DNA of 64,000 nt from the IMG/VR virus record IMGVR_UViG_3300009514_000005, positions 1-64,000 of that record, one strand, 5' to 3'. The position numbers and the translations under genes are program-made. Numbering within the stretch: the first letter of the stretch is position 1; each line of letters opens with the position of its first letter. The stretch comes from a virus. Positions 50,258 to 59,636 of this stretch are shown here, in pieces. A model generated the notes under the pieces. That model saw only the letters and a list, made by a program, of their open reading frames with translations, had not been told where the DNA came from and searched no databases.

Positions 50258-50905
50258 ATGGAAAAAACAATCATAGTGATAGGGCAAGCCAGAAGTGGAA
50301 CATCCATGGCCGGAGGATTCCTGCAAACACTTGGTGTTCAGATGAGCGGGGCTGATAACAAATCACCTCAAAACCCAAAAGGGAGCTTTGAGGATCCGAA
50401 GTTCATAGGGATCACAACAAAAGTAACATCAGCCAAAAAAGCAAACACCCCTATAGAGGATATAAAAAAAGAATTCGAGCCTCTTTTTATTCAAAATATT
50501 AACGAAAAAAATCAACTCCATGGCTTATGGGGATTCAAAAGCGCCCTTAGCCATGAGTCTTTAGAGTTTATTATTCCTAACATTAGAAACCCTCATTTCG
50601 TTGTGACCTTTAGGAATGTTTACAGAAACGCAATGTCCTGGAAAATCCATGTAAAAGAAAGATACAAAACGGAAGTTACGATTCACCAAGCTCTTTCTAA
50701 GGTGTCCAAGGGAATTTGGGATGTATGCGAAGCTTTAGAAAAGCATCAAAACATTCCTTGTCATTTTACAACCTACGAAGAAATGAGATTTGATCCAGTA
50801 GGGCAGGGAAGAAGAATGGCCCAATTTATTGGGCTACCATACCCCGAGGAAATTGAGGCCAAGATCAAAGATTTCATCGTTATGGGATATTCAACAGTTA
50901 AATAG
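50258..50905 (+). CDS. sulfotransferase
   Basis: IVIGQARSGTSM (5'-PSB loop), NPKGSFED, WGFK, VTFRN....AMS (3'-PB), YEEM..DP. Confidence 0.85.
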   Translation: MEKTIIVIGQARSGTSMAGGFLQTLGVQMSGADNKSPQNPKGSFEDPKFIGITTKVTSAKKANTPIEDIKKEFEPLFIQNINEKNQLHGLWGFKSALSHESLEFIIPNIRNPHFVVTFRNVYRNAMSWKIHVKERYKTEVTIHQALSKVSKGIWDVCEALEKHQNIPCHFTTYEEMRFDPVGQGRRMAQFIGLPYPEEIEAKIKDFIVMGYSTVK

Positions 50906-51428
50906 ACTTCTGAGCACAAAGATAAAATCCATATTTAAACGGAAGGTTTATATCGGATCCATGATCAACCACAACCATACTGTTTCCGTAATAAGCCCTG
51001 AATCTTCTTAAAAATATTTCATGATAATAAGCATGGTAATGCTCAGCGTTCCATAAATTATCATATGCTGAATCATCTGGAAGATAGAGAAAAAGCTTTC
51101 CCCCTGGTTTTATAAAATGAATCCAATCATCCAAGGCTCTAAAGTCATTTGGAACATGCTCAAGACAATGAGACGAGAAGAGACAGTCGTATTGGGCAAC
51201 ATGATCAGGAAGCAATTCGGATAGCCTATAAATATCCTCTATCTGTGGAGGGTTGAAATCTACCCCAGGAAGTTTTCTGCCATCAATCCCAAAAGCTTCA
51301 GGCTTTATTTTGTCAGGACCACAACCAATCTCGATAACTTTCCCGCCACAGTACTGCATAGCGATATGTCTTATCTTTGCCGTCTCGCTTACAAAATCTC
51401 CTTCGCAACATCCCAAACTTTTACCCAT
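50898..51428 (-). CDS. class I SAM-dependent methyltransferase (Methyltransf_11-like)
   Basis: VIEIGCG, YDCLFSSHCLEH, IKPGGKLFLYLP. Confidence 0.85.
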   Translation of the reverse strand: MGKSLGCCEGDFVSETAKIRHIAMQYCGGKVIEIGCGPDKIKPEAFGIDGRKLPGVDFNPPQIEDIYRLSELLPDHVAQYDCLFSSHCLEHVPNDFRALDDWIHFIKPGGKLFLYLPDDSAYDNLWNAEHYHAYYHEIFLRRFRAYYGNSMVVVDHGSDINLPFKYGFYLCAQKSI

Positions 51429-52048
51429 TAGATCACCTCGTCAACGATTCCTAATTTTTTAGCATCAAGAGCTGTCATATAACTTTCTTTGTTTTCCATC
51501 AACTCTTCAAGTTTTGTTTTGGCAACTTTTTTCCCAAGGCGTTTTTTTTCAACATCACCTATCTCAACGGTTTTCTTATGCCGGATCTCTCTATAAAGAA
51601 TATCGATGATCCTTTTCTTTTCAAGTTTGAGGGAAGCCAGGATCCCGGCGGCCTCGGTCTCATTAGTGCCCATAAGAAGACTGGACTCCCTTGGGCCATG
51701 GAACATAAAGATTGAATCCTTGCTACTTTTTCTCCAATCACCACAAGCAGCAATGGTAGTGGCGGCACTCATACAGTCACCTAAAACATAAGTAATCACA
51801 GTGCCTTCAAATAATTTAAGAGAATTAATAATCGAAATCGCCGAAGCGCAGCAGCCACCATAAGAATTTATGAAAACCGTGACTTCATTTATTCTTTCTT
51901 TTTCTGCTACGTTGTTCCAATAGAAAACTTTACCCTGAACATCCTCAGCCATCTCTTCATTGATTTCACCGAAAATTTTTATGGCACCATTATCTAACTC
52001 AGATTCTAGGACAAAATCTGTTTCCTGAGCCATAAGCCCTCCAATCAA
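51428..52048 (-). CDS. clpP: ClpP-like serine protease
   Basis: FINSYGG, CMSAAT (catalytic Ser), FMFHGP (His), YMTALDAKKLGIVDEVI. Confidence 0.85.
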   Translation of the reverse strand: MIGGLMAQETDFVLESELDNGAIKIFGEINEEMAEDVQGKVFYWNNVAEKERINEVTVFINSYGGCCASAISIINSLKLFEGTVITYVLGDCMSAATTIAACGDWRKSSKDSIFMFHGPRESSLLMGTNETEAAGILASLKLEKKRIIDILYREIRHKKTVEIGDVEKKRLGKKVAKTKLEELMENKESYMTALDAKKLGIVDEVI

Positions 52049-52494
52049 TTGGAGAGATTTTTCAAAAGACCTACTGCGTTTTTGAATGCCTTCTTCTTTT
52101 CCTTGTCTATAGGCTCAAAGATCATCACAGTGCGATCAACCAGGGCCTCTCCATCGTCCCGTATTTTTATTCTAGCCTGTTTTACGAGACGGTCATTGGA
52201 TAAAATACCGGCCTTTTCTGCGCAGTCATAGGCCATATTCATCAGGTTATCCATGTCGGCCATGCAAACCCTTGTAAAATCAAAGTAAAGTGTGGCCCGG
52301 ATTCTTCCGGTCAAAGGCTCCTTTAGCCCTGACTCAGCGAGTTGCCCCTTCAGAATTTTTATAGCCCCTTCCTCATATTCTCTTTTGGCCTTAGTTTTTC
52401 CTAAAAAATGCTTGCCAGTCTTTTTGTTTTTAAAGATTGGGCGGCCATTTTTTTTAGTGGTGGGTCGAACTGGAATCTCAAATCTATACTTCAT
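52045..52494 (-). CDS. rusA: RusA-like Holliday junction resolvase
   Basis: ADMDNL...YD.....GILSNDRLV. Confidence 0.85.
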   Translation of the reverse strand: MKYRFEIPVRPTTKKNGRPIFKNKKTGKHFLGKTKAKREYEEGAIKILKGQLAESGLKEPLTGRIRATLYFDFTRVCMADMDNLMNMAYDCAEKAGILSNDRLVKQARIKIRDDGEALVDRTVMIFEPIDKEKKKAFKNAVGLLKNLSN

Positions 52495-53654
52495 TTTCTC
52501 TCGTATTTTTTCCCGTAAATATAAGCAAAGTCACCAGGTACCATAATATGATCTGGAGTTGCTACCTTTTTTTCTGTATCAATATGAACAACTAAAAAAC
52601 TGTTTGTCCACTTATCTCGACCTTCCACATATTCAGCCCTGGTTTCAGCTATACATCCAACAGTTTGCCACCAAATTTTACCCATCGGAATGTTTGAAGT
52701 TGTGATGAGTTCTGGCCTATGGGTATGACCACTTGCTCCAGAAATACCCATGCTTAAATCTTTGAAGTGAGATACGAGAAAGGTATCATAATAAACCTTA
52801 TAGTTCTCTTTTATCTCTTCATTTATATCTCCGTTTTGAAAAGCAGCTAAATCTAATTTGCAAACTAAATTAATTTCAAATTCATCCAACCCAAAAACAT
52901 CTGATAGAGATAGCCCCATAACATCAGAAAGTATAATTCTTATGTTTGGAGTTTTGTCAGCCAAAAGCTTTAAAAGCCTAAAGCAATGATTCCCAGCTAT
53001 GAGATCAATTTGAGAATCAGGGCAAGCTCTTCTAAGTTCTCCGAAAATATTTTTTTTAACAAAATTAAATCTTCCAACAATATCGTAAGAACGTGGATCA
53101 ATGCTGAACCTAGACGCCTCGTACAAATCATATACGTCACCAGCCATGCAAATAACATCAGGCTGAAGCCTCCTTGCTGTATCTACAAAACAAGAAAGAA
53201 CAAAGCGATCTGCATGTTTGTCATGAAAATCTGAGCCAACAAGAATTGTTTTAAATCTCTTTTTATCTCTATTCTTTTTTACAAATTTTTCATGATATGG
53301 AAGAACCTCTACTTCATAAAAATTTCTGTAGACATCAAGAGAAGCATGTTTTGCTATTTTCCTTTCCAGTGAATGTTGATTGCGAGAAAGCTCTAATCCA
53401 GCCTGCCTTCTAAACTCTAAAAAAGTTCCAAAGAATTGAGACCAAGTAGCATCCGAATAATTTCCATGAATTCTATAAAAATTTCTTGTAATGTGTTTTA
53501 ACGGAAAGGCTTCCTGAACTTTTCTTAAATCATCGATGCAGTCTTCTTCGGTAGCCTTAGAGTTGAATTTCTTTTTTCTCTCAGATAAAAGAGCAAGCTC
53601 AGATTGGTTTTGGCGTTTTTTCTTGGGAGCTTTTTTCGCTTTACCCTTTGCCAT
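52491..53654 (-). CDS. calcineurin-like metallophosphoesterase with N-terminal helical repeat
   Basis: GSDFH, GDVYD, GNHC (GNHE variant), SGHTHR; N-terminus resembles the homing-endonuclease-associated repeat (FGTF.EFRRQAGL). Confidence 0.8.
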   Translation of the reverse strand: MAKGKAKKAPKKKRQNQSELALLSERKKKFNSKATEEDCIDDLRKVQEAFPLKHITRNFYRIHGNYSDATWSQFFGTFLEFRRQAGLELSRNQHSLERKIAKHASLDVYRNFYEVEVLPYHEKFVKKNRDKKRFKTILVGSDFHDKHADRFVLSCFVDTARRLQPDVICMAGDVYDLYEASRFSIDPRSYDIVGRFNFVKKNIFGELRRACPDSQIDLIAGNHCFRLLKLLADKTPNIRIILSDVMGLSLSDVFGLDEFEINLVCKLDLAAFQNGDINEEIKENYKVYYDTFLVSHFKDLSMGISGASGHTHRPELITTSNIPMGKIWWQTVGCIAETRAEYVEGRDKWTNSFLVVHIDTEKKVATPDHIMVPGDFAYIYGKKYERK

Positions 53655-53764
53655 CTACCCTCCGCTAGTTTCGATATGTCAACGAGAACTAACTATAGTG
53701 TAGAGGGTAAACGGAATTTTGTGCAAACTTTTAACTACTTATGACGCATGTGTTACTATTGACC

Positions 53765-53935
53765 ATGGATAATAAACCTGAGAAAAAAGAGGATAAATTT
53801 TGTCCAGAATGCAGTTGTTACCTAAGATGCCATCCAGAATGGCCTCACAAGTATTTAAAGTGCGGAGTGTGTGGATTTACAAGAATGAAAAATTCATTTA
53901 AGAAAAAACCCAGTATTTCCCAGCAATCTTCTTAG
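53765..53935 (+). CDS. small Zn-ribbon protein
   Basis: CPEC...CGVCG; extended -10 TGTTACTAT ends 5 nt before ATG 53765. Confidence 0.55.
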   Translation: MDNKPEKKEDKFCPECSCYLRCHPEWPHKYLKCGVCGFTRMKNSFKKKPSISQQSS

Positions 53936-55287
53936 ATTCATCAAAAAGCTCTATATCGAAATAATCAACGTAGTCCTTCCAGTTTACTCCGTATAGCTTA
54001 TAGATCTCTCTCACTTTTAAAACAATGGATTTCTTTGTGATCTTTTCATGTGCTCGTAAAAGCTTCACAATGGCAAAAATAATAACCTTGTCAGTTAACT
54101 TAAAATCAATCCTCATTTTTTACCACCCTCACTTTATCGCTTACAAGAGGAGCCCCATCAGGTCCTTTCTCATGATCCTTCACCCAAGTATATCCCTCAA
54201 CACAATACTGGTCTTCACGATCTTTCCCAAGCCCATTATGCTTTCTCCAGTGACCTCTTACTAGCCATCTATGACTCCAATCAATTGGAAAGGCACGTTT
54301 AGGAGTATAATTAGGTCGATTCTTTTTTGGAGTTACATGAATTATTTTCCTTATTTTAATCATCTCCCTGTCTTTACCTGATCCGATTCTTATTTTTTCA
54401 TTAACTTTCTGCTCACCTTTTGACTCTTGCTTGAATCTGTTTAGGAAATTATCTAATATAAAATCATTAGCGACCCCATCAGCATGAGCATCCACCGGAA
54501 AAGAAAGAATATGCGATGTTTTATCTGTCTGAATAAGATTGTAAAAATGAAATTTACCAGGTTTTTTCTCAACACAAACAATACAAGCAGTATAAACCTT
54601 AAGAGGATCATCATCTTTTGGAACCGATACCCATCCATTTAAATATTCATAAGAGCAAACCTTAAAAGGTGCCCACAGTTTTGCATCAATATTTTGTTCA
54701 GCATCTAAAGGATTTTGAGGATCAGAAAGACTATACACAAATGGCTTAACTTTTTTGATGTATCTAGAAAATTCCCCAACCTCTTCCTTGGTAGCCTCCC
54801 TGAGCTGCTTTGCCTCAGGATTACAATGAATGCACTGGAAAACCATAAAGTTTTTAGGGTTTCTGGCAACCTCAATCATTTTTTTCAACTGAATCAATTT
54901 ATTCTCCTTTTATTCCTGGTTCAACGCTCTCCATAAAACATCCAAAAATTCTCCATTTGTTTTTGTTGGGTCTATTGAATTTATTTCATCCAAAAAATCC
55001 AAGACAACTTTTTTAATTTCTCCGGGAATATTTTCATTCTTTTTGAATTTAAAATGACTATTATTAAATTTAATTTCAAGAATCTTTAAATCCTTAATTT
55101 GTAAAACAATTTCAAAATCATTTTTATATTCAAGATGAAAACTTGGATTTCCAAAAGGTTCTTTATAGACACGAAAAATATATCCATCTTTATTCCCAAC
55201 TTTTGCCATTTCTTGTAAAAGATTTTTTCCGGGAATGCCAAACCCATCAGTTTTTTCAGTCATTACCTCTTTTTTATTCTTATCCAT
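53898..55287 (-). other. hypothetical CDS (53898..54116, 54106..54897 with VRGHWR motif, 54910..55287)
   Basis: Co-oriented packing. Confidence 0.6.
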
Positions 55288-55296
55288 GTCTATCTC

Positions 55297-55479
55297 CTAC
55301 CTTTCATCTTTTGTACAAATTTGGATAAACTGCCTAACTAATTCCGAGAAAGAAGTGAACCCAAGCTTTTCTTTCATATTCTTTAGTTTCTCATATTCAG
55401 ATTTAGTTACTCTGATCTGGACCTGTTTGCTTAGCTTCTCGCTAGGCTTCCATTGAGAATCTTTCCTTACCTTATCCAT
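55297..55479 (-). CDS. ribbon-helix-helix regulator
   Basis: QVQIRVT.SEYEKL......GF.SFSELVRQ. Confidence 0.75.
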   Translation of the reverse strand: MDKVRKDSQWKPSEKLSKQVQIRVTKSEYEKLKNMKEKLGFTSFSELVRQFIQICTKDER

Positions 55480-55634
55480 AGCTCTCTCCTTTTCCCCGGA
55501 GGCATATACTTAAGAACCGACATGGCTTTTTGCTCTAGTTCTTCCTCTGTAGTATTCGGAGAACACCAAACAAAAAGAGTGTATAGCCTTTCTCTAAACA
55601 TCACTGTTACGTTCTTTCCAAACATGAATCCTCC

Positions 55635-56423
55635 TTATTTAATTTCAGTCATGGTTTCTCCCATTTTTATCGAAACGGGACTTTTTTCGAATTCCACCGG
55701 ATCAGCGACAAGTTTTTTATCAACATAATAAAACTTTAATTTTCCAACGAGTTTATTCATATTGATTTCCGCTGTCATATAAACAACTGGCTTATCTTTT
55801 GAAAAGTCCCCGATTAAATACGGGCCATGATTAGCGTTTCCGGTATTACATATCAAAATATGCAGAAGAATCTTGTCGAGAAACACTCTCGCGGAAAACA
55901 ACTTAGATTCTTTAGGGCAAGTTATTAATGATTTGTGAGGAAATACTTTTGTCGCTTTTACAGTCTTCCCGTTTTTTAACTCCTGAACCTCCATGGGATA
56001 TCCAACATGATTATAAAACTTCCACTTACCCTCTTGCTTGTTCTCTAAATAATTTCCTTCAGATGTTTTCTCCATGGTTTTTGGATCCCAAAAAACAGTG
56101 TGCCCATGATGAATGACATTATTCACCACTTTGTTTTGATACATAATCCTCGAAGCTAAGCTAAAATTACCCATGGCCGACATTTTTTCCGCTATTGCCT
56201 TGGCTCTCTTGTCGACAGATGTGGTAGCTTTCACACATCCTGCCATAAAACTATTTATTCTTTTGGCGTAAGCAAAAGTTTTCTTTAGCGGTGGCGGACA
56301 TTTATCTTGAGCCAACCATTCTTTGCCGCCCACCAAAGATCTAAGAGTATTTTCTCCGGCACTGAACTGAGCATCTGAACTCATCGAAGCTAATAAAATT
56401 ATTGCAAACATTAAAATTTTCAT
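55635..56423 (-). CDS. exported protein with MORN/YwqK-like repeat
   Basis: Signal-like N-terminus; EGNYLENKQEGKWKFY...GYPMEVQELKNG. Confidence 0.6.
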   Translation of the reverse strand: MKILMFAIILLASMSSDAQFSAGENTLRSLVGGKEWLAQDKCPPPLKKTFAYAKRINSFMAGCVKATTSVDKRAKAIAEKMSAMGNFSLASRIMYQNKVVNNVIHHGHTVFWDPKTMEKTSEGNYLENKQEGKWKFYNHVGYPMEVQELKNGKTVKATKVFPHKSLITCPKESKLFSARVFLDKILLHILICNTGNANHGPYLIGDFSKDKPVVYMTAEINMNKLVGKLKFYYVDKKLVADPVEFEKSPVSIKMGETMTEIK

Positions 56424-56617
56424 ATTTTCCCCCTAAGGTTATCAGCCATTTCATTAAGCATATTTTTTTCTTCATCTGGTCGAATACAGTCCGAACAAAT
56501 TCCTTGATAAATTTTTTGCGTTTGCCTAGATGAGTGAATCGGATCAACCAATGTTGTCACTTTCTTCCCACACCTTGGGCAATTCATATAAGTTATCCTT
56601 GGTTTACGTCTTTTCAT
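56420..56617 (-). CDS. small Zn-finger protein
   Basis: CPRCG...ICSDC. Confidence 0.6.
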   Translation of the reverse strand: MKRRKPRITYMNCPRCGKKVTTLVDPIHSSRQTQKIYQGICSDCIRPDEEKNMLNEMADNLRGKI

Positions 56618-57066
56618 TCCTCTTCCATCTCCCTTAAAAATTTAACTACAACTCCAAACACCATTTGCTTTTCAAGAAGCTGACCATGCATGATTTCGCT
56701 CATTAGCGTAAATCCAGGGCCGAGTTCTTCTTTCGCCTGATCTACCCAACCTGGCCTCGTAAGATGAGACGAAAGCCATTTTAAAAGATCACTGCTATAA
56801 ATATCGGCATCGATATCACAGTAACAATCCAGCATCTCTTCGAGATTATCCTCGTCACACTCGGAGATGTTAACCAGGGATTCCCAGACAAACTTGTGTC
56901 TGTAATCCTTCGGGGCAAGACTATCTTCCTCGTGAGCCTTATAAGCCATGTCTTTAATCCATTCCGGATGCCCATCTTTCAGACAGAAAAATTCTTCGCC
57001 ATTATCCCTAGTCTTTTTTTCGAACCAAGACTCTGCTTCTTTTGCTAATTTAATTACGCTCATCAC
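56614..57066 (-). CDS. acidic protein, Ocr-like DNA-mimic candidate
   Basis: 34 D/E versus 17 K/R in 150 aa (hand count); DADIYSSDLLKWL recalls the Ocr P.YY.DI helix. Confidence 0.4.
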   Translation of the reverse strand: MMSVIKLAKEAESWFEKKTRDNGEEFFCLKDGHPEWIKDMAYKAHEEDSLAPKDYRHKFVWESLVNISECDEDNLEEMLDCYCDIDADIYSSDLLKWLSSHLTRPGWVDQAKEELGPGFTLMSEIMHGQLLEKQMVFGVVVKFLREMEEE

Positions 57067-57077
57067 CGCCTCCGTTA

Positions 57078-57755
57078 TTAGTCTAATCCTTTAACTAGTT
57101 TGATTGGATCCCCGCCACACTCTTTAACCAACTCCATAGCTCGATAAAATTCTTTTACTTCGATCATGTAAACATCTTCTTTTTTGGCCGAATAACAACC
57201 ATGATAATTAGATCCAAAAAAATCTATCCATCCAGCATGATTCCTGTTCTCACCAGGGATGTGGTATCCAAACTGGCCTTTGAAATATTGTTTTCCAGAT
57301 GTATAAAAATTCCTTTTAAGAATTACGATTTTCATCTAAGCCTCCTCATTAAAAGCTTCTTCCCAGGGCCCATAGTGCCTATACCGTTGCATCCAATAAC
57401 TGGTTTCACCCATGTCGAACTGAACGCTCATCCCAGGAGCGATTCCAAATTTCTGATAAAAGTCTTGAATACTCATATCGATGATCACTTTATTATTAGT
57501 GTCAGCGATTTTGGCTCGGCCATTAATCTCAAGCCAGGCGAGTTGAAAGTGAGTGTTTGAAAAACCATGGGCAAGGCGACAAGTCCTATCGTTCCAATGG
57601 TATTTGTTTTTCATCATGAAGTGGATCTGCCAAGTGAACTGAGGCCGGGCATAGCCTTCAGGAACCGCTTCCCATTTTTTGGCCCAAGGGAAAAGCTTTT
57701 TCCAAGCCCTGACCCCGATTCCTACTTTTGGACATTTCTTCAGTTTCCTTTTCAT
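57078..57755 (-). other. two hypothetical CDS (57078..57335, 57336..57755)
   Basis: First genes behind the 57.8 kb promoter. Confidence 0.6.
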
Positions 57756-57761
57756 ACCTAG

Positions 57762-57812
57762 ATTATCAGGTATTCTGGTTTAAATGTAAAGAGGTTTTAT
57801 TGACATAACGTA
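57762..57812. promoter_or_regulatory. conserved promoter cassette, copy 2
   Basis: Minus: TTTACA (57790..57785)-N17-GATAAT (57767..57762), ATG 6 nt later; plus TTGACA at 57800. Confidence 0.75.
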
Positions 57813-58039
57813 GGACAAAAATAGGTCTAGGATTTCAGTGAGATAAGAGCCAGGACCGCTGGCCCCAAAGACTAATTTGCCGGACTGCGGTCTAGTTGCA
57901 CCACCCCATCTTCGTTCTGAACCCAATTTTTAAGCCCTCCACTATGGCCTTCAATATCGGTAACAACGATTCCATCATCGTAAGTCATATCTGGAGCATG
58001 ATCTTTCACCACATAAATGTCCCTAGGAACTTGCGTCAA

Positions 58040-58402
58040 CTAAGATGCATGAAATTTTGGATTTTCTGGATCAAAAGGGGGTATCTCATCAATTCTGGGG
58101 CCTTCAGAGCCCTCGTCATAGAGCCTATTGAAGTGTTCAACCTGGGCCCAGAAATCAACCTTAAACCGCTCCTGGGTAGTTTTAGCCCCCTTACTGTGGA
58201 CCCAACCCATGTGATGATGAGGACATAGAGGAATTGCGGTCTTGTCGGCCCCAAAAGCACCTCTAGATTTAACATGATGGGCGTGAACAGGATAGGCCCC
58301 GCATTTCGGAATACAGCAGTTGAAAGAATGAAGCCACCAAAGATAGCGAGGATCTAAATCCCTATAACATTTCTTCTTAGATTTTTTTGGTTTCGGAATC
58401 AT
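58040..58402 (-). CDS. DUF968-like / HNH-like Zn-binding protein
   Basis: YL.W.....CCIPKCG...VHAHHV.SRG..G.D..AIPLC..HH...H. Confidence 0.7.
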   Translation of the reverse strand: MIPKPKKSKKKCYRDLDPRYLWWLHSFNCCIPKCGAYPVHAHHVKSRGAFGADKTAIPLCPHHHMGWVHSKGAKTTQERFKVDFWAQVEHFNRLYDEGSEGPRIDEIPPFDPENPKFHAS

Positions 58403-59636
58403 TAATGCTGTAACTCTCTGGGTCAGAAGAAACCTTACGAAGATTATCTTGCTTGCCGCAATTTGGACAAGGGGTTTTACAAATAATTTTACCTATTGAT
58501 CCAACAAACTTTGTATGACTTCTAAAGTACTGATCACACCTACAATGACAACTATCTTCTCTATATTTATCAATCTCAGTCCAATCTATTTTAAGGGTTT
58601 CCACGTTATTATGCCCTCATGAAAATTGGGGGTACAATCCAAATAAGATCACCTGGATTGGCTGGGTCAAAACTAACAACAGGACTACTCGAATCATAAA
58701 ACTTTAAATTATCCATATCTAGAGCGTAAATTTTAAAATCAAGTTTTTTATCCAAAGTATCCAAACAAAGTTTTTTTAGCGTAAATAATTCATCATCTTC
58801 AGATAATGGTATTTGTTCTTCAGAATCCAAATCTATTTCATACTTAGGTAGCAATACAAAAAAATCCCATTCCTCTTCTTCTTCGTCATAAGGTAAAACA
58901 TCAACTCGATAAGCAGAAAAATCACGCGGTATAATCGAACCCCATTCTGGGTCAAGCCTTCTGTCTAGATTTATTCTTGGCCGTTTTACCTCTCTAAATT
59001 CTTCTTTCTCCATAGGTATATTTTACCCCAGGATAAGAAAATCATCATACAGCAATTTGAATTCTGTCTCTTGCTCCATTTAATATTTTGCGAATTACTT
59101 CTGATCTAGAGCTTACATCGAGATCATCTTTTACCTTATCAATCCAGCCAACCATTTCTTGAGACATGCGCAAATAGATCATAACGTCTTTGGTATCTTT
59201 GCCCTTCTCTAATATAATATCTTTTTTAGGACTTTTTTTCTTACTCATTTTTATTCCCTCCGTTCAATACGCTTCGTAATGGGGGTTGCTGATTCCCTGG
59301 CATTTGAAGCCCCATGCGTTCTGCCCTTATTTTTGTAAGTAATGTTTCATAAGATGCTATCTGTTTTTTATCAAAATCATTTTCAGGATCTAAAAACCCA
59401 TGAGTTAAAAAATCATCAAAATTAAACTTACAGCTATTTGATCCAATAAATAAATGATCAGGATATAAATAAAACTGATGATTCCCTGGAGCCATCGGAA
59501 CCTCAATTCCTCTGATAACATTCCTTAGAGTTACCATTGTTTTTCCTTCGTCTTCTTCAACATATTTCCCGAAGACATAGGCCGTAACGCCTGGCGAAGG
59601 ATCCTTTAAAGCACCAACCCATATTTTATCTTTCAT
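58377..59636 (-). other. hypothetical CDS (58377..58604 Cys-rich, 58609..59013, 59241..59636)
   Basis: Co-oriented packing. Confidence 0.6.
59045..59248 (-). CDS. ribbon-helix-helix regulator
   Basis: IYLRMSQEM..WID.......SSRSEVIRKIL. Confidence 0.75.
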   Translation of the reverse strand: MSKKKSPKKDIILEKGKDTKDVMIYLRMSQEMVGWIDKVKDDLDVSSRSEVIRKILNGARDRIQIAV

